Source of the DNA: Planctomicrobium piriforme
GTDB lineage: Bacteria > Planctomycetota > Planctomycetia > Planctomycetales > Planctomycetaceae
DNA: 64,000 nt
Reading direction: 5' to 3'
Assembly: GCA_040393865.1 (NCBI GenBank)
Contig: JBEBTF010000001.1
Coordinates: 7,729-71,728, forward strand
The notes beneath the pieces are model-generated. The model was given only the letters and a program-made list of their open reading frames with translations. It had not been told where the DNA came from and did not search any database. Within the stretch, counting starts at the first letter, position 1, and every line of letters starts with the position of its first letter. A program made the position numbers and the translations under genes. Below are positions 19,340-29,478 of the stretch, in pieces.

Positions 19340-20851
19340 ATGAGTTCCGGAAGCCAGTTTCAGTCAGAACCGAATTCATTGGATTCCAGTGTCTCCTCGT
19401 TGGGTTCTCGCGCTGTGGGAGTACAGCTTGGGGAATTCACCCTGCTGAGGCGGCTTGGGAAGGGGGGCATGGCAGAGGTTTGGCTGGCAGAGCAGACAAG
19501 CCTGAAACGCAACGTTGCCCTGAAGCTGCTGCGTTCAGATCTCATGGAAGATGAAAGCTATGTGAAGCGTTTTCAGGCCGAGGCCAAGGCGGCAGCCGGT
19601 TTGAATCATTCAAATATTGTGCAGGTGTACGCGGTTGGCTACGAGCGGGGGCAGCACTTTATTGTTCAGGAATACGTGCATGGTCAGACCTTAAAGGCCT
19701 TGTTGCAGAAACGAGGCCCGCTCGATCTCAATCTGGCTCTGATGATTATGCGTCAGGTTGCTGCGGCCCTGCAGGCTGCTGGCGAGCGAGGGATTGTTCA
19801 CAGGGACATCAAACCTGAAAATATCATGCTCACCAGAAAGGGCGAGGTGAAGGTTGCCGACTTTGGGCTGGCTCAGTTGCAGGGAGGGGAACGGCTTCAT
19901 CTGACTCAGGAAGGGGTCACGATGGGAACGCCGCTCTACATGAGTCCAGAACAGGTCAGTGGCCAGCCTGTCGATCAGCGTAGTGATATCTATTCGTTCG
20001 GGGTAACGTGCTATCACATGCTGGCGGGGGTTCCTCCGTTTCAAGGAGAGAATGCTGTCAGCATTGCTGTGAAGCATCTCCACGAACAGCCAAATCCAAT
20101 TGGAGAAGTGCGACCTGACTTACCGGCGGCGGTCTGTCAGATGATTGATCGAATGATTGCCAAGCAACCTGCCGATCGGTATCGCGATGCGGCGGCAATT
20201 GTGAATGATGTTCGCAAGCTGGCAAAAGCACTCAAGACAGGTGAATCGATTGATGACCTGATTGGGGATGGAACCCGTCCTGCCTCGGCATTCCCTGTGA
20301 GCCGACCGGTTCCGGTTCTTATTTCGATGTGTGTTGCAGTTCTTTTGTTGAGTGCTGTCGCTGGCTGGCTGGCACGTCCAAAGGTTCCTGAAACCAGTGA
20401 AAATCCTCTCGGGGATGTTCCTTCATTTAACACGGCCCGAGAACAGTACATCTATGCAATGTTCGCCAGTGATGATGAAGATGCATTCAAGGCGGTGATT
20501 GCGAGATTCGAAGATCCTAATGACAAAATCTGGCGGCGGCGTGCTCAAGAGCAGTTGGCGCTGCTGTATCTGAAAGATCGCCGTCGTGAGATGGAGGCTC
20601 GGGAACAGTTGCAGGTTCTGCGGAATAAAGTCGATCCTGGTGATCCAGAGCTGATTGCTGAAGCAAGAATCGGCGAGGCCTATCTCGATGCCGTTCACAA
20701 CAATGTGGATATGGCAAGGCGGAAGCTGCAGTCTGGGACCGATGATTTTGATCAATTGCTCACTGGAAGCTGGAAGCAGCTTGCTCAGGAAGTGCGGCAA
20801 CTGACAGCAGTTCCTCCGGCCCAGCCTCGTGGCACTCGCGATATGCCATAG
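19340..20851 (+). CDS. membrane-anchored Hanks-type Ser/Thr protein kinase
   Basis: LGKGGMAEV, VALK, HRDIKPEN, DFG, GTPLYMSPEQ, SDIYSFG; a TM helix followed by a helical extracytoplasmic domain. Confidence 0.95.
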   Translation: MSSGSQFQSEPNSLDSSVSSLGSRAVGVQLGEFTLLRRLGKGGMAEVWLAEQTSLKRNVALKLLRSDLMEDESYVKRFQAEAKAAAGLNHSNIVQVYAVGYERGQHFIVQEYVHGQTLKALLQKRGPLDLNLALMIMRQVAAALQAAGERGIVHRDIKPENIMLTRKGEVKVADFGLAQLQGGERLHLTQEGVTMGTPLYMSPEQVSGQPVDQRSDIYSFGVTCYHMLAGVPPFQGENAVSIAVKHLHEQPNPIGEVRPDLPAAVCQMIDRMIAKQPADRYRDAAAIVNDVRKLAKALKTGESIDDLIGDGTRPASAFPVSRPVPVLISMCVAVLLLSAVAGWLARPKVPETSENPLGDVPSFNTAREQYIYAMFASDDEDAFKAVIARFEDPNDKIWRRRAQEQLALLYLKDRRREMEAREQLQVLRNKVDPGDPELIAEARIGEAYLDAVHNNVDMARRKLQSGTDDFDQLLTGSWKQLAQEVRQLTAVPPAQPRGTRDMP

Positions 20852-20931
20852 GCCGGTTTAATTTCTCCTGCCCCTAAGAGTGCCGTTTTGATAAGAAAAA
20901 GGCTGCGAATCTCCGGATGTGGGGGCTTGGC

Positions 20932-21906
20932 TTAGAATTCTCCCAGGAGATTTCCGTCGTTGTGTAGACCCAGGTTCTGCCAGGTTGTCAGGCTGATATT
21001 ATCACCGATGAATCGAGCCGCACCGTCGCCGAGCAGAACTTGAACTCCGCCAGTGTGCATGCTGCGTGCACTGAAAATCATTCTGCGATTGTTAAAAGCT
21101 GTATATCGTCCAAAGCAGGCCGGCTGGCTGTTTGCATCGCAACATGACACACGTGTGTCATCCGGAACCGATGTGTTCGGGGAATAATCAACGTGGATAA
21201 ATGGTCCTTCAGGGTAATGCATAATTCCACGCATGTCGTTTGCATTTGGCCCCCCTTTTCTCAGTTCGCCGATGAGAATGGTGTTACTCATTCCGTCTGT
21301 GAAATCTTGGGATGCGACGCGGGAGTTGCATTCAAAGGGCCCAACCTTCGCACGGATAGTCGGGTTTGGTGACCACGGGGGGCTGGTGGTGTTGTCGAAG
21401 TTAAGTAATGGACCGATTCCATTGTTCGCTCCATAATTCCCGCGAGCGTATGTGCCGAATGCGAGGACATTGTTTGTGACGTCTGATGGGCAGGTCAGCG
21501 ATGTCACTGAGGTGCTGGTGACGATGAAGTTTGGGCTGCTGGTCGAAGTGCTACCGAAGTTCAGGTTCAGATTTGCTTTGTTGTATAACACCGCCTGATC
21601 AATATACGGAAAGAGTTGGAGAATCCAGGTCGATTGGTTGTGGGTAGTTGGAGGTGCCTGCACATACCCCGGCGGAAAGACTCGGTGCGTGTCCATGTAG
21701 TTATGCAGGGCCACTCCCAGTTGCTTCAAATTATTCTTGCATTGGCTGCGTCGAGCCGCTTCGCGTGCCTGCTGTACTGCGGGCAGCAGCAAGGCAATCA
21801 AGATCGCGATGATGGCAATGACGACCAGCAATTCAATGAGGGTGAAGCCGCTCCCTCTTGCTTCGCTTTTGGCACTATTTCTGAGAAGCCAGGTTCTTTG
21901 ATTCAT
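20932..21906 (-). CDS. DUF1559 domain protein with prepilin-type N-terminus and H-X9-DG motif
   Basis: [43 protein letters not shown] ... CPSD ... DGMSNT ... HTGGVQVLLGDG. Confidence 0.95.
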   Translation of the reverse strand: MNQRTWLLRNSAKSEARGSGFTLIELLVVIAIIAILIALLLPAVQQAREAARRSQCKNNLKQLGVALHNYMDTHRVFPPGYVQAPPTTHNQSTWILQLFPYIDQAVLYNKANLNLNFGSTSTSSPNFIVTSTSVTSLTCPSDVTNNVLAFGTYARGNYGANNGIGPLLNFDNTTSPPWSPNPTIRAKVGPFECNSRVASQDFTDGMSNTILIGELRKGGPNANDMRGIMHYPEGPFIHVDYSPNTSVPDDTRVSCCDANSQPACFGRYTAFNNRRMIFSARSMHTGGVQVLLGDGAARFIGDNISLTTWQNLGLHNDGNLLGEF

Positions 21907-22521
21907 GACGCATCCTTCTGTTTGGAAATGGATTGCGAAAATGTCGAATCGGCGAGCGATAGAGATGCTGAATTAAATAATTCAAGGCGCCATCAGAAGG
22001 CTGCCCCCGATATGAGCAAGATTCTTCTTCGAGACTTAATTGAATCGATGCTTGTTGATGTGTTTCTTTTGTGACTGTATCAACAGCGTTGGAGCTTTGA
22101 AAGGAAATTCCTCGAATTTAGCTGAATCTGTAACTGTGCTGCGTAGGGCGTGAAGGGAAGGCCTTTGACGCATTAACTCGTTGTAACGTTGTGTCTAACG
22201 TTCGTGATGGGTCTGAAGCGACGTTCCGTTTTGGAAGAATTGTGGAGCTTAGGAGAATGTAAATAAGCCGCTGCTACAGCGAGATGGTTTGCTCTTGTCA
22301 ATACGACAGAATTTCAGGTTGGAGTTGTGGGGAGATAGGGGAGTTGTAAGGAATGTTAATTGCATTTTGGGTAATGATCGCTTGCAGATTATTGCATCTG
22401 AAGGCTCGGGGATATGAAGCGATTGCCTGATAGGATGTTGATCAGTGTTTACTTATGGCAACGCTCTTGCTCTGCATCTTCTCTTGTTTTTCGTTCGTCC
22501 CTGGATGCGTATGAGGTCTTG

Positions 22522-23529
22522 ATGATGTCTTTAGATCTGCGTCGAAAGCACACTCAAGTGAGAGCCTTCCCCCGCTCTCACCGTCAGTCTCTGAAAATAA
22601 CGGGGTTCACACTGATCGAGTTGCTGGTGGTCATTGCGATCATCGCGATCTTGATTGCGTTGCTGCTGCCCGCGGTGCAGCAGGCCCGGGAAGCGGCCCG
22701 GCGCAGTCAGTGCAAGAACAACCTCAAACAATTGGGGCTGGCCTTGCACAATTACCATGACGCCCACGGACTTTTTCCGCCGGGAAGTGTTGGGTACGTC
22801 TATACTGATGGAGGAAATGTGCCGGTCCGAGCAACCTCTTTTGGCCCGCTGGCGCTATTGCTTCCTTACATGGATCAGGGGACTATCTACAATCTCATTG
22901 ACTTCACAAGAAATTTTTGCGATCCCGTTAACACACCCCAGATGAAGACCGTTTTGTCGACGTTGATTTGTCCGTCATACAGTGGACCACCAACCTCGAG
23001 TCAGGGGCAATGGTATCAGCTCTCGAGTCGCACACGTTTTGAAGCAGCGATCACGAACTATCTCGCTGTTATGGGATATAATACTTCTGGAGCAACTCAA
23101 ACGGCTGCAACAGCGCCGCCGCAAAGCATGAGAGGAACGTTCTGGGCGAATAGCAATACTCGGATGCGTGACTTCATTGACGGAAGCTCAAACACCCTCG
23201 TCTACGGTGAATATCGTCCGACAATTCTCGTCGATGTAGGTTGGGGGACGTGGGATTACGACAGTCGATGGGCGCCATGGGCTGGTGGCATCATGATTGA
23301 GGGAAGTATTGGTGTTCGGGGAATGAGATACGGCCCGAACCAGATTATCCCTAAAGGGGCATATGCAGTTAATGATGCCACGTTGCTGCCGTTCAGCTCT
23401 GGCCATACCGGCGGGGTCCACATGTTGCGAGGAGACGGTGGTACCGTTTTCGTTAACAACAATATCGACATCGGTATCTGGCGTGGATTGTCGACCGTCG
23501 CCGCAAATGAAGTGATTGGCGAGTTCTAA
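22522..23529 (+). CDS. DUF1559 domain protein with prepilin-type N-terminus and H-X9-DG motif
   Basis: Same N-terminal signature; DGSSNT; [12 protein letters not shown]. Start moved to the ATG at 22522, after GAGGT. Confidence 0.93.
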   Translation: MMSLDLRRKHTQVRAFPRSHRQSLKITGFTLIELLVVIAIIAILIALLLPAVQQAREAARRSQCKNNLKQLGLALHNYHDAHGLFPPGSVGYVYTDGGNVPVRATSFGPLALLLPYMDQGTIYNLIDFTRNFCDPVNTPQMKTVLSTLICPSYSGPPTSSQGQWYQLSSRTRFEAAITNYLAVMGYNTSGATQTAATAPPQSMRGTFWANSNTRMRDFIDGSSNTLVYGEYRPTILVDVGWGTWDYDSRWAPWAGGIMIEGSIGVRGMRYGPNQIIPKGAYAVNDATLLPFSSGHTGGVHMLRGDGGTVFVNNNIDIGIWRGLSTVAANEVIGEF

Positions 23530-23785
23530 TCGAAAATCGGCCGAACTGGCTCCATTCAACGATGCGACTTCCTCGCGATGATTAAGCGGCTGCTTTGAGG
23601 AATCTGCTGAAGCATGGAGATGGTGTCGCTTGAGATGCCTCCATGTCGACATGCTCGATTGGGATGCGACGGACGCGGCGAATTCTTGTCGCGTCTGTCT
23701 TTATGAAATGCTTTTACAATAGCGATATGACTAGGCTGTCATTGATGAATTGATGACATTGCCTGTTTTGATGAGGAATTGATTG

Positions 23786-24238
23786 ATGAAGTGTCATGCA
23801 ATCTGGACCGGAATCAGTTCGATTTTATGTCTGTCTCTGCTGATTGTTTCCGGATGCAGTCGTGGACCAGAAGGGCCGGTGATTGTTCCAGTTAAGGGAG
23901 TCGTGATTTACAAAGGCAAACCACTGGAAGGTGGTCAGGTTTCTTTTATCCCAGATCGAAAGAAAGGGACCACCGGGCCGATGGCGATGGGGAACATCAA
24001 TGAAAAAGGAGAATTTGTTCTACGAACAACGAATCCTGACGATGGGGCGATTGTTGGAGCTCATAAAGTCGTCATTAGCTATTACAAATCGACTCCATTT
24101 GATCCCAATAATCCAAGTCCGCCGTTAAAGGATATTTCGCTCATTCCTGCTGTCTACGCAGATGAAACCACAACGACACTGACTGCAGACGTCACTACGA
24201 ACAAAGACAACAATGTCTTTACATTCGAGCTGAAATAG
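23786..24238 (+). CDS. small lipoprotein (carboxypeptidase regulatory-like / transthyretin-like fold), the usual DUF1559 partner
   Basis: Lipobox VSGC; VPVKGVVIYKGKPL, DGAIVGAHKVVI, IPAVYAD..TTTLTADV...FTFELK. Confidence 0.85.
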   Translation: MKCHAIWTGISSILCLSLLIVSGCSRGPEGPVIVPVKGVVIYKGKPLEGGQVSFIPDRKKGTTGPMAMGNINEKGEFVLRTTNPDDGAIVGAHKVVISYYKSTPFDPNNPSPPLKDISLIPAVYADETTTTLTADVTTNKDNNVFTFELK

Positions 24239-24347
24239 TCTGTTGGGGTCAGAACAGACGCAACGGTTGCATATGTTTTAACTCAGGTAGGGAAGTATTC
24301 CCGCGGGAAGAAAGATGCTGCACGGTGTCAGAGTTGGTCAACTCGAT

Positions 24348-25832
24348 TTACGAGACGGTGCCACTCTCTGGCTCACCGTCCGTGTGCGAATCCACTGACA
24401 GATTGAGCCCGCGAAGTTTGCTTCTGAGCGTCATCCTGGCGATGCCGAGTTTTTTGCAGGCCTGTACCTGATTGCCATCAACATTCTGCATTACTTCCTC
24501 AAGGATAATGCGATCTACGATATCACTGACTTTGTGATAGATGTTGGGGACATCGTCCTTCAGGAGTTGCTGCACAAACGACCTGACGTTGAATTCGCCT
24601 TCAGGTTCGTCTGGGATGGCGGTGGATTTTGAGTTGACTCCCGTTGGTTCAGCTTTGACTTTACTGATTGCGTTTGGAAGACAGTCAATCGTGATGATGT
24701 CGCCTGTTGAACGCGCCATGGCAAAGCGGATCGCACTCTCCAGTTCGCGGACATTGCCTGGCCAGTGATATGCCTGGAGTACGTTCATCGTTTTCGGAGT
24801 GATCGTATGAACTGGACGATCAAGGCGGTGATTGAACTTCTTGATGAAGTATTTCACCAGAGCCGGGATATCTTCCAGACGTTCCCGGAGCGGCGGAACC
24901 TGTAGCAGGAACACGTTCAGGCGATAGTAAAGGTCCAGACGAAACGCCCCGGAGTTAATCAGCTTGGGGAGATCCTTGTTCGTTGCCGCGATAATTCGGA
25001 CGTTCGTTTTGACGGTCTGTGTGCCCCCAAGTCGCTGGAAAGACTGGTCCTGCAATAACCGTAACGCCTTGGCTTGAGTCGCGAGGCTCATGTCGCCAAT
25101 TTCGTCGAGGAAGATCGTTCCCTCATGGACTTGTTCAAACTTCCCGATGCGTCGTTGATCCGCCCCGGTGAATGCTCCGGCTTCATGCCCGAACAATTCG
25201 CTTTCAAGAAGTGTTTCAGGCAAGGCCGCACAATTGATTGCGAGAAATGGTTTCTGACTGCGCCGGCTATAGTGGTGGATGGCTCTGGCAACGAGTTCTT
25301 TTCCGGTCCCGCTTTCCCCCAGAATCAGCGCCGGGCCATCTTGAGGAGCGATTCGTCCAATGGTCTTATAGACCTCCTGCATCGGAGGTGACTGACCGAT
25401 AATTCGATCTGTCTCTCGGTCAACATCGTCAGTGTCTTTATCGACAACGACCGGGACATGGCTGAGGTGGCTGACAGTGATGGCCTTTGTGACGACGGAC
25501 TCTAACCTTAATACGTCGACAGGTTTGAGCAGGTATTCAAACGCACCGCGCCGCATGGCTTCAATGGCCGTCTCTGTGGATGCGTAGGCTGTTACGATGA
25601 TGACCGGCAGTCGGGGATCGATCTTTGCGATACGGTCATAGGCATCGAGCCCTGACAGGTCCGGAAGTCGGACGTCAAGAATGACGACGTCTGGGTGGGC
25701 AGACGCGACCAGATGAATGCCTTCCTTTGCTGTCGGTGCGGAGATGACTTCCAGTGTGTCACTCTGCAAACATTCTTTGATCGAGAAAGCAATGTTGGGT
25801 TCATCATCGATGACAAGAAGTTTTGCTTTCAC
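24348..25832 (-). CDS. NtrC-family sigma54 response regulator
   Basis: LLVIDDE, ILDVRLP, GESGTGKE, GAFTGA, IFLDEIGD, WPGNVRELE, C-terminal HTH; GTGA overlap with the kinase stop. Confidence 0.95.
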   Translation of the reverse strand: MKAKLLVIDDEPNIAFSIKECLQSDTLEVISAPTAKEGIHLVASAHPDVVILDVRLPDLSGLDAYDRIAKIDPRLPVIIVTAYASTETAIEAMRRGAFEYLLKPVDVLRLESVVTKAITVSHLSHVPVVVDKDTDDVDRETDRIIGQSPPMQEVYKTIGRIAPQDGPALILGESGTGKELVARAIHHYSRRSQKPFLAINCAALPETLLESELFGHEAGAFTGADQRRIGKFEQVHEGTIFLDEIGDMSLATQAKALRLLQDQSFQRLGGTQTVKTNVRIIAATNKDLPKLINSGAFRLDLYYRLNVFLLQVPPLRERLEDIPALVKYFIKKFNHRLDRPVHTITPKTMNVLQAYHWPGNVRELESAIRFAMARSTGDIITIDCLPNAISKVKAEPTGVNSKSTAIPDEPEGEFNVRSFVQQLLKDDVPNIYHKVSDIVDRIILEEVMQNVDGNQVQACKKLGIARMTLRSKLRGLNLSVDSHTDGEPESGTVS

Positions 25833-27514
25833 GTGGACATCTCTGCGTGAGGAGGGATCTGCGGTGTAAGTGGAGATTCGGAGACGCGTGGCAAGCGGAT
25901 CTGAAAGGACGCGCCGCCTTCCGGGCGATTGAATGCGTCAACCGTTCCGCCGTGGTCATGGACGATTCGCTGGCTGATGGGAAGCCCAAGACCGGTGCCT
26001 GTTTCTTTGGTACTGACAAATGGTTCGAAGATACGTGGGTGCAGATCGGCTGAAATACCTGTGCCGCGGTCCAACACTTCAATCGTCACCCAGCGTTGTG
26101 AATCCCCTTTTGTAGAGCTGACGGATTCTCTCAGGGTCACTTCGATTTCTCCGCCATCAGCTTGTGCATCGAGACTGTTGATAAACAGGTTTAACAGGAC
26201 CTGTCGTAGCCTTGTTGGATCTGCGCTCACTTCGATTTGATAGTCAGGTGGATGGAAGGTGAGCGTCACATCCTGCAATGATGCTCTGGCAGAGATGAGA
26301 TCGAGAGCCTGCTTGATCACCGAGGAGACACTGACCGGTTTTCTCTCAAGAGGTTGAGGGCGAGCAAAATCAAGAATCTCCTGAATCAGGCCTTCCATGC
26401 GGCGAATCTCTTCGTCCATGACCTCAAGCTGGCGCGGTGTCATGCTGGGAGAATCTGGTCGCGAAAGAGCCTTCTGGACCAACATTTTCATAGGCATCAA
26501 TGGGTTTCGCAGTTCATGAGCCAAGCCCGCTGCGAGTTGTCCGATTGCTGCAAGTTTCTGGTTTCTCAGACTCTCTTTCTCGCGTTGCTGCAGTCGCTCG
26601 ACAATGACGGCGACCTGGCTTTCGACTTCCTTCAAACCGATCTCGAGTCCACCTAATCCACCGGTTGTTGAGACTCTGACCGGGCCGACGACCTCTTGCA
26701 GTTTGTCGGCAGTACCACGAACCGAAATATCCAGATTGAGAATCTTTCGGCGAAGTCCACGAGTGATTCCGATACCGGCGACCAGCCCTGCGAGCCCTCC
26801 ACAGACTCCCAGAAGGAGGAACGCCTCGGTCATCTGTGTGGAGGTCTGCAGGTTTGCTAAATGTGCCCGATCTGCCGCGAGTTCATTTGTCTGGACATAG
26901 GCGCGAATGGGAAGGCGGACCTGTTCGTTAAGAATTTCATCAAGTTCCATCGCTGCTTTACGTTGCGATGCATCTGATTCGATATCGCGAACATTGGCCA
27001 GAACTTCAAAGAAATGGTGACAGCTTTTGTCGAGTTCGGTCCAGATTTCCTTCGCGCTGCGAGGATTTCCAATCTGGTTTTGAGACGTTTTGGCGTTGGC
27101 ATATTCGCCAAGATTGTGAAGGTGTTCGTTCACCTGCGAATGTAGGAGCTCGATTTCATCGAGATAGTCATTATCCCGCTTCATAAGATACTGGCGCAGG
27201 CATTGCCTGACGTCGCTGACAACAAGCAGAAGCCGTTGCGCTTCGAGTGAATTATGAAATTCGTGATTCACCAAATCGGAGACGGACGCCTGATGCTGCT
27301 GAACATTCCAGGCCGCCAGACTTCCCAAACCAACCAGCAGCAGACTGATCAGCAGCATCGGGGCAAAAATATGCAACAGAAAACGACTATCCATGAACAT
27401 TCCTGAGCGGGAATGTCCTTTGGTTTCGTGAAGATCTGTTTCAGGAACAGATGTGGATGGGGCTGCCTGCGACTCGCGCGTCTGCATCCCGTCTGCCTCC
27501 GTCGGAATGTTCAA
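25829..27514 (-). CDS. membrane sensor histidine kinase with helical periplasmic domain (start uncertain)
   Basis: Two TM helices; LAAGLAHELRNPL; NLFINSLDA; DRGTGI; FEPFVSTKETGTGLGL. Confidence 0.93.
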   Translation of the reverse strand: MNIPTEADGMQTRESQAAPSTSVPETDLHETKGHSRSGMFMDSRFLLHIFAPMLLISLLLVGLGSLAAWNVQQHQASVSDLVNHEFHNSLEAQRLLLVVSDVRQCLRQYLMKRDNDYLDEIELLHSQVNEHLHNLGEYANAKTSQNQIGNPRSAKEIWTELDKSCHHFFEVLANVRDIESDASQRKAAMELDEILNEQVRLPIRAYVQTNELAADRAHLANLQTSTQMTEAFLLLGVCGGLAGLVAGIGITRGLRRKILNLDISVRGTADKLQEVVGPVRVSTTGGLGGLEIGLKEVESQVAVIVERLQQREKESLRNQKLAAIGQLAAGLAHELRNPLMPMKMLVQKALSRPDSPSMTPRQLEVMDEEIRRMEGLIQEILDFARPQPLERKPVSVSSVIKQALDLISARASLQDVTLTFHPPDYQIEVSADPTRLRQVLLNLFINSLDAQADGGEIEVTLRESVSSTKGDSQRWVTIEVLDRGTGISADLHPRIFEPFVSTKETGTGLGLPISQRIVHDHGGTVDAFNRPEGGASFQIRLPRVSESPLTPQIPPHAEMST

Positions 27515-27815
27515 TGTCGTCTTAATGAACGGAGGGTGAAGTAACCCCGGTCATTAAGCGGGACGAGAATAGCAACCGCCTGTGAAGATGTGATCACAGA
27601 CAATCGATATCAACGTTCTGTTCAATGTCCAAATTCTAGCCGTTGAATCAGAGAGTGTCTGGAGATTTTCGTGTCTACGTTTGTCGTTTTTCGATTTCCT
27701 CGATGATGCGTGGACGAAAATGCTTTGTCTAAGTGATTCTGGAGAAAACCATTGCAGGAAGCTTACAGGAAGATGACATCGTGGCGGAGGTGAAAAAAGA
27801 AATGGACAAGTGATT

Positions 27816-27831
27816 TGGTATGTTCTCTGCA
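27816..27831 (+). promoter_or_regulatory. sigma54 promoter upstream of the SbtA-family gene
   Basis: TGGTATGTTCTCTGCA has GG-N10-GC spacing and lies ~120 nt before the ATG; divergent from the kinase/bEBP operon. Confidence 0.6.
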
Positions 27832-27953
27832 ACAAGCGAATCTCATCAGACTTGTTGCAACGCAAAACGACGAACCTGTCGTTTTTGTAATAGAACTTCC
27901 TGCCTCATGCTTTGTCAGACTCATAAGTCTGATCCCGCCTGTGGAGTCGATCA

Positions 27954-29366
27954 ATGGTTGAGAGTCTTCTGAGTCACTGCTTCTTACTCGCAAGTGGAGG
28001 GGGCGACCCGGTCGCAACGGCAGGATTTCCTGTTCCTTCCGGACATCAGCTTTCTCTCTTCCAGGAGTTCGGGCACAACTTCATTCACAATCTTTTCAAG
28101 CCCTTGCTGCTGTTCTTCTATGCAGGCTTTCTAATTCCAATCCTGCGGGTGAAGTTCGAGTTTCCGAAGGTGCTCTATCAGTCGATTACAATTTATCTGC
28201 TCGTTGCTATCGGCTGGCACGGCGGGGAAGAACTGGCGAAGTTGAGCTCCGGGAGTTTGATGCAGGCTCTTGGATTTGTGTTGATCGGGATCGTGACCAA
28301 TTTCACAATTGGCTTCGTTGCCTATCTGTTGCTGCGATCGCTCACGAAACTCCGTCGCGTCGATGCTGCAACCGTGGCAGGATATTATGGCTCCGATTCG
28401 GCTGGGACGTTTGTAACGTGCATCGGTGTGTTGACGGCATCGAAGATTGCGTTTGCTCCTTACATGCCCGTTATGTTGGCAGCGATGGAGATTCCTGGAT
28501 GCCTGGTGGCATTGCTGATCGTGTCCCGATTACGCCAGAAAGGAATGGACACTTATGGCAACATGCCAGATGAATCAGGATATGTGCGTCGTGCAGCAAG
28601 CGGTCTCAAACTTGAAACTGTAAGGCAGACCGTCGTCGCCCGTGAACGAAATTTGACCTATGCCCGATCAAGCAAAACGACAGTCGCTGTCGGTTCAGGT
28701 TCCGGTCTCTCGGATGAAGAGATTGAGCATCATGCCGAAGCCGAACAGTTTGAGGATGACATGGCCCTTCAGGAGCCTGGTCACGATGCTCTGGTTCCTT
28801 CGAAGAGGGGCTTCAATGCAGAGCTGCTGCATGAAGTTTTCTTCAACCCTGGGATTTACTTGTTGTTCGCTGGGATCGTGATTGGTTTCATCAGTCAGTT
28901 GCAGGGAAGTGCAGTCACAAAGCCAGACGACCGCTTGTTTGTGGACCTGTTCCCACCGATTCTGTGTCTGTTCCTGCTGGAGATGGGAATGACCGCATCC
29001 AATAAGTTGAAAGACCTTGCTGTTGCAGGTTGGAAGTTCGTCGCCTTCGCACTGGTCGCACCGAATCTCTTTGCAACTCTTGGAATTTTGATTGCTCACG
29101 CATATTCCATGATTCTGAACCAGCCCTTTGAAATTGGAACGTATGCATTGTTCGCTGTGTTGTGTGGATCGGCGTCATACATCGCCTTACCTGCTGTTCA
29201 GCGAATGGCGATTCCGGAAGCAAGTCCAACACTTCCGCTCGCTGCGTCACTGGGATGTACATTCAGTTACAATGTTACGGTCGGAATTCCGGTTTATATT
29301 CTGATCGCTAAGCTTGTGGTGTCAGCTTATCCTGTCGCTGGCCCTCTCTTGCAGGCGAGGATGTAG
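27954..29366 (+). CDS. sbtA: sodium-dependent bicarbonate transporter, SbtA family
   Basis: IYLLVAIGWHGG, AATVAGYYGSDSAGTF, AAMEIPG, LFLLEMGMTA, GSASYIALPA, SLGCTFSYNVTVGIP; two repeated membrane halves. Confidence 0.85.
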   Translation: MVESLLSHCFLLASGGGDPVATAGFPVPSGHQLSLFQEFGHNFIHNLFKPLLLFFYAGFLIPILRVKFEFPKVLYQSITIYLLVAIGWHGGEELAKLSSGSLMQALGFVLIGIVTNFTIGFVAYLLLRSLTKLRRVDAATVAGYYGSDSAGTFVTCIGVLTASKIAFAPYMPVMLAAMEIPGCLVALLIVSRLRQKGMDTYGNMPDESGYVRRAASGLKLETVRQTVVARERNLTYARSSKTTVAVGSGSGLSDEEIEHHAEAEQFEDDMALQEPGHDALVPSKRGFNAELLHEVFFNPGIYLLFAGIVIGFISQLQGSAVTKPDDRLFVDLFPPILCLFLLEMGMTASNKLKDLAVAGWKFVAFALVAPNLFATLGILIAHAYSMILNQPFEIGTYALFAVLCGSASYIALPAVQRMAIPEASPTLPLAASLGCTFSYNVTVGIPVYILIAKLVVSAYPVAGPLLQARM

Positions 29367-29397
29367 AGTAAAATCGCTTACAGTCATTGAGGTTTTC

Positions 29398-29440
29398 AGG
29401 AGTTGCTTTTCGATGAGGAAAGCAACTCCTGCTTTTTTTT
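29398..29440 (+). terminator. intrinsic terminator after sbtA
   Basis: AGGAGTTGCTTT / AAAGCAACTCCT followed by T8. Confidence 0.85.
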
Positions 29441-29478
29441 CGGAGAAGAGTCTTCAGGAATAGTCAGGCCGAAACGGT

